DNA from: Octopus vulgaris
Taxonomy: Eukaryota
NCBI GenBank assembly: GCA_951406725.2
Contig: OX597821.1
Location: forward strand, 99,138,001-99,202,000
Length of the DNA stretch: 64,000 nt
Direction: 5' to 3'
In this document: in pieces, positions 27,926 through 40,600 of the stretch
Position numbering within the stretch: the stretch's first letter is position 1
Layout of the letters: each line of letters opens with the position of its first letter
The notes under the pieces: model-generated
Database searches by the model: none
What the model saw: the letters and a program-made list of their open reading frames with translations, nothing else
Told to the model about the DNA's origin: nothing
Position numbers and translations under genes: made by a program

Positions 27926-30900
27926 ACTGTCCTTTTCAGCAGACCTTTTGTTCATTTGGCAGACCTGGTGGGAGTGAGAGTATAAGCAGAGATGATTGTT
28001 GCTGTGCTATTCTGCAAAACTAGTCTAAGCTTAAGTACCCTATCACATACTCTGACTACTTCAATCACTTTATTTACCCATTTCTCTGCTAGAAGTATGT
28101 CAACACCTCCTAGCCCATCACTGTTGCCCTCCCAGAAGAGTTTATACCTATGCCTTTTACCAATGAGGAACCTGGCTGAAGCTCCCCTTCCACTGAACTT
28201 CTTGGATGCAGCACGCATCAACACATCTCCTTTCAAGCATATCAACAATCTCACTAGACATACCTTTCAATGTGCCTACATTGACAGTACCAACTCTGAG
28301 GGAATGTATGGGGAGGAGGAACTGTGGCTATCAGCATCCAAAAAGAAGATTGTAATGAGCATTTGCCAACAGACATGTCATAGCAGTTGTCCTCGCATTT
28401 AATCCACCATCATTCATGTTACACTTGCTACCTCCATTGGAAGTGGGTGCTATATCAGCACTACTTACAGCAGTGTTAGTACAGATACCAGTAAATACAT
28501 ATATTGGTTAACTGATTAATTATTATCACTGCCATTGGTTGTGGATGCCATATACTGGCAGTAGTACAAAGCAATGTTAATATAAATGCACATAACATTT
28601 GGATGTCTAACTGCAGATAGGCATCCAAATGCACCTGGAACATCCAATGCCAAGTTCTAATAAACTGCAATGGTGATATATATATATATGTAGGAACTAA
28701 ATATTTATGCTGGTGCTTGCCTTAATTTTCACTATATAATATACATATATAATTATTCACAAGGAGATTGGAGTGAGTAAGTTATTTTATTACATAAATT
28801 TACAATTGTTTCTTTGACATTTGATCTCAATAGTATTGCAATATTATTATATAATTGTTGCAACTATAGATTCTTGAGATATCAATATACTGATACAATC
28901 GATCATTGACTCTTATATTATGTATAAAATCCATTGGTTTATGTCACAATTCAAATAGGATGCAGAAGAGAGGTAAAAAAGAACAACTCAATAGAAATAA
29001 TGTTTTGTCACCAGAAGATATATAAATCATTTGGCTTGCTAAAACTCAGTGCTTTCTTTAATCATTTTCTTTAAAGAAAAAAAGAGAAGAAAAACAAATC
29101 TATTTCATCAGCCATTAAGAAACTGTAGACATAGTCCTGTACCATTATCACAACGTGATAAAGGTGTGTGTGTGTGTGAGAGGGAGGCAGACACCTAAAT
29201 ACATGTCAACAAAGAGGCCAAATGTCAACCCCCACTACATACAGACCCCCCCCCACTGGACAAAAGACAAAGATAACATTAATGTATTAAAGTGCATGCC
29301 TTACTTACAAAGGAGAGGAAGAAAAAAGAGGTAAACAGAAATTTTGTTTGCTTTTTTCAACAAAGTTATCGTCATTTAACATCTGCTTTCCATGCTGGCA
29401 TGGGTTAGATGGTTTAACTGAAACTGGTAGGCTGTAGGGCTACACCAGGTTCAAATCTGATCTTGTATGGTTTCAACACCAACCACTCCACAAGTGTAAT
29501 GTGTGCTTTTTACGTGCCACTCACATGAGACCAGCATCAGCCATGACCATGATTTCACTTGGCTTGACAGGTCTTCTCAAGCATGGCATATCACCAAAGG
29601 TCTTGGTCACCTATCATTGCCTCCATGAGGCCCAATGTTCAAAAAACAATAGCATAGGTTCTGTTTGTTTGGTTTTTTTTTTAATACCACAAATATATTA
29701 CAATATATTTAGTCTTTTTGAGGTGGTGTTAGCAGTGAGTTGACTATGCTTTAACTGAGGAGATTTAATAGGGTTGAAACATGCCAGGACTTTTCACTCC
29801 GCTACAGCATATCTCCATTTAATTTTGGTCGTCAATTAAAAGTATGGGAGTTCCTTCCCTTGTCCCTTTTGAGAATAGCTTTCATTAATCCTAATTTGTA
29901 ACTTGTACTTCCCTATATTTTCATTAAAAAGAAAGCAGTCCTTCCCTATATTTTCATTAAAAAGAAAGCAGTCTTGTGAAATTTTCCATTATTAAAGCAT
30001 ATTTAGTTTACTCAATATGAATTCAATTGAAAACATTTTATATTTCAAACATCACAATCTCACAAGTATGTCTTTAAAAAGATTGATTCAGATCTAAGTC
30101 TTTGAAAATAAATTTACTTGTTAAATTAGCTGATTTGATTAATTAATAGTACATCATTACATTCTATGTACTGTTTTTCTTCTAATCTTGCAACAATTTT
30201 CCTTAATCACATATCTCACTTTAAGTTCTGACTTTTCAATATCTGACCAATTCTTTCTCAAAGTGGCCAGTAACAAATCTGATTAGTTGTCCGAAGCACC
30301 AGTAACCATAATAATATTCTTGTTTTAGTAATAATTCTTCAAGCAAAGTCTTTTATCTGGAATATGAATAAGTTTCCTTGCTTGCTAAATATTATGATGC
30401 ATACAAACTTCAGTTGCAATAAATGGTGCAATATTAAACTGACTCAAAAATTCTTTGTGAAAACATTCTGAAACTATACATAACTATCAATAGTCTAAGT
30501 CTTCTTTGATAAAGAAAAAGCTCAGAGAAAATTTCTTAATAGCTTATGAATAATAAAAAGTATGTTTATAATTTTCAAAATAGAGCTGCATATCATAAGT
30601 TTTCAGATATATCCAAAACATTTATCCTGAAAAATTAAAATTAAATATACATTGGCAATAGATAACAGAATAATTGAGGATGATGTTCTAGTACAACACA
30701 TTTCTTTTATAGTGTTTTACATAGAAATAAAATGACAGAGTAATGTGGAAGTGTAATATCAATAAATGTTAAAACATGGCCACAGCTCATGAGCTGAAAC
30801 TAGAATCAATCAATCATTCCCTAGAATACTGTGTAATAAGTATTTTATAAGATGTTCAAAGAATTAGGTTAATTGATCAAAACAATGGAAAATATGCACA

Positions 30901-32172
30901 ATACTGAAGAGTTTTAAATGACAACATATGAAATCAACTAATCTCCTTCAAAGTACCTCATAAACATCCAAAAATGGTAGAGATGTCAAATCTCCAGATA
31001 GTATGCTTACAGCAAAGAATGGATACTTGTAGCTAGATTACCGTTTAAAAAGTATTAAAATCAGGTTATTAACAGAAATATTTGATTGAAATATTGAAAA
31101 TACTCACAGTACTGTTGACCATTTAACAACATCATATGAAAAAGAAAATAAACACTATGTTAAAGAAAATAAAGGAAATTATCAAACAAATCATCATCAT
31201 CATCATCATCGTTTAACGTCCGTTCTCCATGCTAGCATGGGTTGGACGGTTCGACCGGGGATCTGGGAAGCCAGAAGGCTGCACCAGGCTCCAGTCTTAT
31301 CTGGCAATGTTTCTACAGCTGGATGCCCTTCCTAACGCCAACCACTCCGTGAGTGTAGTGGATGCTTTTTACGTGCCACCTGCACAGGTGCCAGGCGAGG
31401 CTGGCAACGGCCAGGGTCGGATTGGTGCTAGAATTTAGTATTGTTGAGAAATTTCTAACAAAGAATGGACTCTCTATCAGTGGCATGCAAAGAAGCTGAA
31501 CCACTCCCATACTACCCACTTCAGAAAAATTCTAAGCATTAAGTGGTAAGAAAAAATTCTTACCACAGAAGTACTCTTTCATGTTGAACTGTCCAGCATG
31601 CACACAATCTTGATGCAGTCACATCTGCACAGGATAGGTCATGTGGTTTGCATGCTAGATCATTGGCTCCTAAAGAAACTTTTGAGTCTGATGTTTCTGA
31701 GGAGGCTCAAAGATATGCTACAAAGATGGGTAACATTCTAGTATTAATTATTCTACCATATTAGAATATAATAATCATTTCCATATAAGATGGTTAAGAT
31801 GTATAAATAAATATAACTTTTGTAGTGGAAGATTATAACATGATTTATAGTAAAATTGTTTCTTTAAGATTGTTTTTCAGTACATTACTCATATTGAGTA
31901 ATTAACATGTGTAACTGTTGGTCCATAGATCAACTTGTGTGTGTGTGTGTATGTATGCACGTGCGCACACACACACGCACAGACTGCAGCCATGCTGGGG
32001 CACCACCTTGAAGGGTTTTAGCCAAACAAATCAACACCAGGACTTATTTCTTAAGCCTAATACTTATTCTACTGGGCTCTTTTGCTGAACCATTAAGTTA
32101 CAGGGATGTAAACACAGCAACACCAGTTGTCAAGTGGGGGACAAACACGGACACAAAGATATACACACATAG

Positions 32173-32211
<39 letters not shown>

Positions 32212-34805
32212 CACACACACACACACGGCAAGTATCTTTTAGTTTCCATGTACCAAATCTACTCATAAAGCTTTGATCAGCCCAAGGCTATAGTAAAAGA
32301 TACTTGCCCAAGGTACCATGTAGTTGGGAAGCTAGCTTCTTACCACACAGCCATGCCTGAACCTACATATATTTTGGACAACACCTGAGCACACATATTA
32401 CAACCTTCATATCTCCCTTTTCTTTACTCTACCATCACATTTATGCTCTGATCCTTGTTACTTGTAAGTATACCTGGCACTTAACCATCTTTCTCCTGCT
32501 CTCTCTTACACTTTTGTTGTTTCCCACTCTCTCTCTCACTCTTCTCTTGCTCTTTCCTCTGGCAACTGAGTAGCCACATATCTCCTCTACAGCAGCATAC
32601 CTATTTCTGCCCTCATTCTTGGTTGCTTTCTCTTTTTCTCTCTCTCTCTCTCTCTTGCTGGGTAACCATGTACCTCCTCTATACCAAGACACCTATTTCT
32701 GCCTCCCTCTAACCTTTCATCATCTGACACAAGTTCCCCTCCTCAAATGCTCCTGCCCCTCTCATAATTCCTTTTCTTGTGAGTTACTCAGTGACCCTGC
32801 CAGTTCTGGTGCTATGTAAAAAGCATCCAGTCTTTACTGTAAAGTGGTTGGCATTTGGAAGGACATCCAGCTGTAAAAATCAGGCCAAAACTAACCTTGC
32901 CTGTGCTAGTGCCACGTGAAAAGCACTGAGTCCACTCTGTGTAGTAGTTGGTGTTAGGAAGGGCATCCAACCATAAATACACTGCCAAAACAGAGTAGAA
33001 CAGGTTAGTTTTTCTACCTGTGATACGTCCTACCCATGCATGCATGGTATATGGATCTTAAACAATGATGATGATGATAATAATATATACACACACACCA
33101 CACATGCATATAATATGTATATTACATGGAAAAATGCGAGCAAGAGAAATTATATTCTTAAGACTATATATCTGGAAAAGTACAGGACATGTTATTACAT
33201 GTGGAAAAGATCAGGCAAGTTTTTACAACTGGTAAAGTACAAACAAGAAAATTTTTACTTAAAATATTGCAGCTAAGGATAAGAATTTCAAAACAAATAT
33301 TTAGATTTAGAAAATGTTAGCTTTTACTAAAACTGAAAAATTTTATCACAAGTTATTACTTCTATTTGTTATTACTTGTTACTAGGTTCTTTGAAAGAAA
33401 GCAAGCAAAATGTATACCAAAACAAGAATGAAGAAAATGAAGAAATGGTACACAATTACAAATACAAACAACAGGACATTAACAACAGGTGTCTTTCGAC
33501 TAAGGATGAATTAAATTAAGCCAGTGTGTGTGGAAGTGAAGCCTTACAGCAGGAACATTAGATATGAAAGTCATGGGAAGGAATAGGAGATGCTACACGG
33601 ATGGTAGTCAAACCAAGAAAGGTCAGGCTATGTGGAACACTGATCATGTGGAATGAAAGGAAAGAGGTAGGGGTCAGAGGGATAGAAGAATCTTTTTTAG
33701 CCAACATATAACTGGTCTGAAAGAGAGAAAATAATTATAACAGTTGCAATATGGTTGAAATTGTTGCAGTTGGTCAGACAACTAGAGTATCAGGTTACAA
33801 GACAACAAATGAAAGGATAAGTCAAACAAAAAACAGACAGACTAGCAAGCAGATAGGTAGAGATGACAATGTGTGTAGAATAACAATGAGGTAGTCAGGC
33901 TAATAGATAAGAAATGGTTAAATAAACTTTGTTTTCAGGCAGGTGGTAAATATTTAAGTGCTAACTCTGGCGTTTTATATAGACTGTCAGTGAAAAATTG
34001 AATAGCCTTTATAAAATATAAAAGACACACATATATACACATTCACTAGTGTACACACACACACATAGGTTAATATTTTATCATATATAGAAAACAGTAT
34101 GTGAATATGTATGTGCATGTGAATATGTATGTGCATGTCTATACCTGCATATCTAAAATGCCCTTAATTCGAAGAAATTATTTGTCAGTCATTCATTGCA
34201 TAAATTGATTTTGTTTATTTTTTGTTCTGTGGCAGAGTCGATGCATTTGTAAAATGTAAATATTATAAAGTTTAGTGACTCCATTCTGGCACATATTGCT
34301 ATATGGCCACTTAATGGAATTTTCCTTGTTTTTCCATCATCTGTTGATTATGTACGCTCATTCTTCTATGTAGCAATAATCTTGTTAGTCTGATGTAATT
34401 TTGTAAACATCCACAGTATGTTAGAAGTGGTATTCTGATACAGTCAGATTTAGAGCGTTTACAAGCTTTGTTATTGCGTAGCTTGAACAGACCATAGAAA
34501 TGGCTAGTTTTGCATCTGAAATTGCTTAAATAGCCAAATCCTTTAGGTTTCTTTTGGTGTACGACCTTTCAAGTATAAGAACCTGATCACTGAGCTGCAT
34601 TCAACTGCTGCCACTGTTATAACACCTTAGTCCACTTCAGCAGTTATAAAAGACAAACAAATACTAGTGGAAAGCTGCAATTTAGAATGTGACATGTAGA
34701 GACATTTATGATTATACCTGTACAAGTTCTGTTACCTGCAATAACTGGAAGTGGGTCAGGGGAAATCTTCAATGACCACCCCTCGTGTGTGTGTGTGTGT
34801 ATGTA

Positions 34806-34841
<36 letters not shown>

Positions 34842-35142
34842 CGTATATATACATACACGGTAGCGAGCTGGTAGAAACGTTAGCACGCCGGGCAAAATGC
34901 TTGGCGGTATTTCGTCTGCCGCTACGTTCTGAGTTCAAATTCTGCCAAGGTCAACTTTGCCTTTCATCCTTTCAGGGTCAATTAAATAAGTACCAGTTAC
35001 GCACTGGGGTCGATATAATCAACTTAATCCATTTGTCTGTCCTTGTTTGTTCCCTCTATGTGTAGCCCCTTGTGGGCAGTAAAGAAATAAGATACATATG
35101 CATACACATACAAATATATACATACATATATACACCTATACA

Positions 35143-35174
<32 letters not shown>

Positions 35175-37609
35175 GTGTGTGTGTGTACTGTTGAATGATG
35201 GTAAGATCAACAAAAAAAACTCCATTTTGAGAGATATTATTTAATAAACACAGTATGTTTTTCTGCTAGCCCCTTGATAATATTTTCGCATTTGATTCCC
35301 AATTCTAACAATTTTTATATTTTGCGTCTAATTATTTCTTTGTATAATAGTGCTCACTTGCTTAATGAATATTGCTTTCATTATTTTATCACACCCATAA
35401 TCTCTCTTTATTAAAAAAAGCATCACGGTAGTCCAACAACAGAGGGAGAAGCAATTTGTCAAGTTTTACCTTCCCCTCAAAGCAACATAAAGATTACAAT
35501 TCAACAGCCCATCTGTAAGCTTTGCAGTGTGTGTGCGAGAGAGAGTGGGGAGAGAAAACATTGCAATCAATGAATGAAATAAACATGAAATGAAAAAATT
35601 GTATAAATAAAAGGGCATTACTATAGATGTATACACCCCCAACTTTGTTGCTTCATAACATCCAGAAAAATGGATACTTTTTAACAAAATTTTCTACAAA
35701 TACTGCTTAGATGTTGTGGCTTCAGAGTGTATAGGGGTTTATGGGAAAGAATTTTTGCAAGGAAGTGGCGAGAGGAGTTTCAGAAAATTCACATGCTCTA
35801 ACTTTTTTCCCTCATAACATTCAGGGAGATGGGTATCTTTTGATGAAAATTATACAAATCCCTTTCAAACAGCATAGATTACGATTATAAAGAAATTTGT
35901 GAGGAAAATTTTTCAGGGATTTTCCCCATTTTTCTTTTTAAGCTACAACCTTCGAAATGATGGGGTTGGTGGGGTGGGGGCTATCTTTGTATTAGGTCAT
36001 CAAGTATGAAATTTGTAGAAAAGAAGTTTGCTAATGTTTTATAAATACAAGGAATAGTTTTATTCATCAAAGTATGCACCCATATTGTCAATACACTTTT
36101 GCCATTTCAGCAGTAGCTTGTCATGCCTGGAACTGTAAAAGCCTGGCAATCTAGAATCACTAAAACCTTGGAAGGCCTGTTTTACAGCATCATCATTATC
36201 ATCATCATCATCGTCATTTAACGTCCATTTTCCGCGCTAGCACGGGTTGGACAGTTCAACCGGGGTCTGGGAAGCCAGGGGCTGCACCAGGCTCCAGTCT
36301 GATCTAGCAGAGTTTCTACAGCTGGATGCCCTTCCTAACGCCAAAAATTAGTAGGTTCCAGCGAGTAGGTTCCATCGTCAGAATAAAATTATTTTCCTAT
36401 CAAATACTTATCCAAATTCTGGAAGAAGTGGTAGTCAGTGGGAGTAAGATCAGGTGAGTATGGTGGATGATGGAGAACTTCCAACACCAACTCCTGTAGT
36501 TTTGCCAATGTCATTTTTGTGACGTGTGGTCTGGCATTGTCTTGCAATAAAATAGGAGTGAATCTGTTGACTAATTGAGGCTGTTTTTGACTAAGTTTCT
36601 GCATCATTTGGTCTAGTTGGCTGCAGCGTACTTCAGCCATGATTGATGAGCCAGGTTTAATGAAATCATAATGGATCACACCTGTGCCAGAACACCAAAC
36701 ACACACCATCAGCTTCTTTTGATGAATTTTGCTTTTGGACTGTGTTTTGATTGCTCATCTTTGTCCAACCATTGTGCTGAACGTATACGATTGTTGTATT
36801 GGATCCATTTCTCATCATATGTTACAATTCGATTCAAAAATGATTAATTTTTGTGATGAGAAAGAAGCATACTGCAGATTTCCAAATGTTGCTGTTTCTG
36901 ATTTTCATTGAGTTCATGTGGAACCTACTTATCCAACTTTTTCACTTTACCAATTTGAACTAGGTGAGTCAATATTGTTTGCTTGCTAATACCAAACAAC
37001 AATGATAATTCACAGGCACTTTGAGATGGATCTGACTCAACGGTGTCTTTCAGTTTGTTGTTATCCATCTTTGTTTCTGGGCAACCACATTACTCATTTG
37101 TAAGGTCAAAGTTACCAGAATGAAATTTTGCAAACCAATTTGATACTGTCTGCTGTGTAATAACATTAGAATGAAATACTCCATTAATATTCCGAGCTGT
37201 TTGTGATATTGTATTTCCAAGAAGGAACTTATATTTCAAAACTATACGAATTTCTGACTTATCATCCATCTCTAAACAAAAATAGCAAAAAACGATTTAT
37301 AAATACTTTATAAAGCACAAAATGAGTTAGAAGAAAGCAGACCTTTCCGTTGTCACTGCCTGATATTTATGATTGATCTTTCAAAATATTTTCTTTCTCA
37401 ACTTACTCAAGATCTTTTGTTGTTTATAAATGGGAGAGAGATACATAGAGAAAGATAGAGAGTAAGAGTCCGAGAGAAAGGAAGAGTAAGAGAGTGGGAA
37501 AGTGAGAGAGATACAAAGAGGGAGAATGTGGTGATAAACAACAGAAAGGAAGCAACAGAAAGTAACAACCACACTCTTACCCGCACATAGAGTGGGTCAC
37601 CGTAAGCTA

Positions 37610-37656
<47 letters not shown>

Positions 37657-40600
37657 ACTGCGTGGCATCTTGGGTAAGTGTCTTCTGCTATAGCCCTGGG
37701 CCAACCAATGCCTTGTGAGTGGATTTGGTAGACGGAAACTGAAAGAAGCCTGTCGCATATATGTATATATATATGTATGTGTGTGTGTGTTTGTGTGTCT
37801 GTGTTTGTCCCCCTAGCATTGCCTGACAACCGATGCTGGTGTGTTTACGTCCCCGTCACTTAGCAGTTCAGCAAAAGAGACTAAATGACTGAAACAAGTA
37901 AAAGAGTAAAAGAGTATGCAAATATTTTTCCATATAAATATTTGCCTTGTTCTGTGTATATCAGTTTATTGATTACCACTGATCAGACTCATATTGATAA
38001 AATGAAAACATACAGCTTTCAATGAACATTGTTCAAATTTGCAAATTCTTTTAATGTTAGTTGAGTGATTTTTGTTGATTAATATGTATTTTCATCAATG
38101 TTTATTATTAAAAATATAAGGATATTCTAAAAGAAAAATAGTTATAAAATACTTAAAAGAAGTTTAAACGTCAATATATTATTACGAACACTTTTTATAT
38201 AGAAAGCATATGCTTGAAACTGTAATGTCATTAATATTCTACTGATACATTCCTTACATCTTTGAAATTATGCTATAACACCTTAGATCCAACTTCTATG
38301 GATTTTTTTTTTTAGTTGCAATGTTGATATGTAACACCACCAAGAACTGCACTATGAAGACTAGGGAACTATATATAGAACATCCCAGAAGCCCTCAGTG
38401 AATTCTATATGGCTGACTGACAGCATAGAAATAGGTGAAGCTTATTTCTCTGTCTCTTAAAGTACAATTAAGATGCTCTTCAGTAGACTAAATCTAATTC
38501 TTGTTCTTATATAGTTCAGAACATCAGAGTATCTTTCATTTTGTTTCTCAGCAATTAAGAGAGCAATCCCCTTGTGATGCTTACTAGCTTCCTCTCCCAT
38601 CTCTCCTGATGTAGACATGACTATAGAAATGAAGAGCCCTTTTCTATTTGGAGCACCAAGTCATTTTCTTCTTCCATTCATGTCTTGCATAAACCCAAGA
38701 CAAAGTCTTGTTTATATATGTAGGTGCATTTGGATGCATAACACTGATGTTCAACAATGATTTTTTCAAGGGGACCCCAAACTCCAATTCCAGACAACAT
38801 CTAACCATCATTTTTCAGCAGTATTGCAATTTCTCATCACGTTTGTGTCTAGTGGGAAGAGTTTGGTTTTCACCTTCACACCATTACACATCTTTCGCAT
38901 CAATACTACCTCAAAGACCCAAACACAATTATGTCTCATGGACACAAATCCACCCCGCTTTCTGCATGAGAGGGCATGGTCAATGTTGTTTTAGAGTCAC
39001 ACTGGCAGTAAATTTGTGTTTGGGATTTTCCATCAGTACCTGTAATTTTTACTCCTGTACCAGCAAAGATTTCATTTGCCCTTGGTTTAAATCAATCTCT
39101 TACAATTAACAAAATTTTCAGAGTAACGGGATAGGCCATATTTAGGACCAGTAGTGCAAAGTTCATTCCACCATTCTGTTTAGTATTAATTAAAATCATT
39201 TCTGTCTTGCAGTGCAAATATTTAAATATCACATAATACATGTTTCTTATTACAATTAATTCACTGTACATATGTAAATACATATGTATTGAAACAATAA
39301 ATATATGGAAATGCAAAACATTGTTGGGTCATTCATTCATGTTTTAGTACCCAGCTTCCTACCTCTACCGTCTCTTCTACCTAAGTACCATAACCAACCC
39401 AACAAAATGTTTCTTATGTGATATGTTAACAAATTCAGAACTTCTTGAAGCTTTTGATTCAATCAAATGTTAACGGAATTTGATAATAATATAGGCAATA
39501 AAATTTCTCACGGTTTTAAATTATGACTAATGACTACTATGAATAAATGAATAGGGATGGAACTTTTGATACACAAAATGCACTAGAGAAGTATTGTTTT
39601 ACTTCGTTTTGGTATCTGGTTTGCAAAATTCTTTATATGAATTCATGTGTTGAAACAAATTTTGTTGAGTCTAAAGAGATTCATTATGCCAATATAATTA
39701 AAACACATACCGGTTCAATTCTACTCATTTATTAAATATCTGATTGTTTTGTTTTTGTTTGTCAAAGCTCTTACATAACCTCTTGCAATCTTTGTCATTG
39801 AAAATGGTAGCAAGAAGCAACAAAAGAGCTTTGACAAAAACAAAACAATCGGATATTTGATAAATGAGTGAAATTGAACCAGTGTGTATGTTAATTATAT
39901 TGGGATAATGACCCCACAGCACGAAATATTGGTTTGTTCTCAAGAAAAATAAGGTTCTTAAGAAATGCTTGCTTTGGGGTGGGAGGTCAGTTAAACTCCG
40001 ACATGAAAAATATAAAATTTAAAAAAAAAACAAGAAAGCTGGTTCCATAGACTCGCATGGAATCGTACATGATAATGCTTAAAACATACATCCAGAGAAA
40101 TTTAGTTGCTAGTGCAGTTTCCAACTCGGAAACTCTAGCAATGTCTATTTTCTTTCGGATTTCCTTTACAAAAAGAAAAATATCATTCAGACTTCACAAA
40201 TCCATATTAATCAGGTACCTTACAGATTAACCTTATTACCTTCACACGCATAATCAATGTCAAGGCCACAATTCGCGCAAACAACGGTCACTGACAAGTA
40301 GTTTCCCTTTCAGCACCTATAAGCCAAAAACATTGCTATAAAACTTTTCCAGTCCGACCTGCCTCCAAAATAGCCAATTCCAGGACTAAGGCGTCTGTAT
40401 CTTTTATTATGATGCTTATGCTTCTTTACACTTTTATTTATTTAACTTAGTAATGCCAAAATAAAAGAATAAATAAACTCTTTTTACTATGAGGTAAGAT
40501 CTATCAGCGCTCTTTTAGTTTCGCTGCCCCAAACGAACAAGAAATGTCCAGGAGAAGCTTTACACCACTAATTCTTATTTGTTCTACCTGTATACTTTCC

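Noticed and set aside
28785-28830. Minus-strand GAAACAATTGTA followed by AATAAA, like the 3' half of a Penelope hammerhead
   Set aside because: No CUGANGA-like core or helix II upstream; at best a truncated relic.
29908-29973. 33-bp tandem duplication
   Set aside because: Ordinary slippage duplication in an intron.
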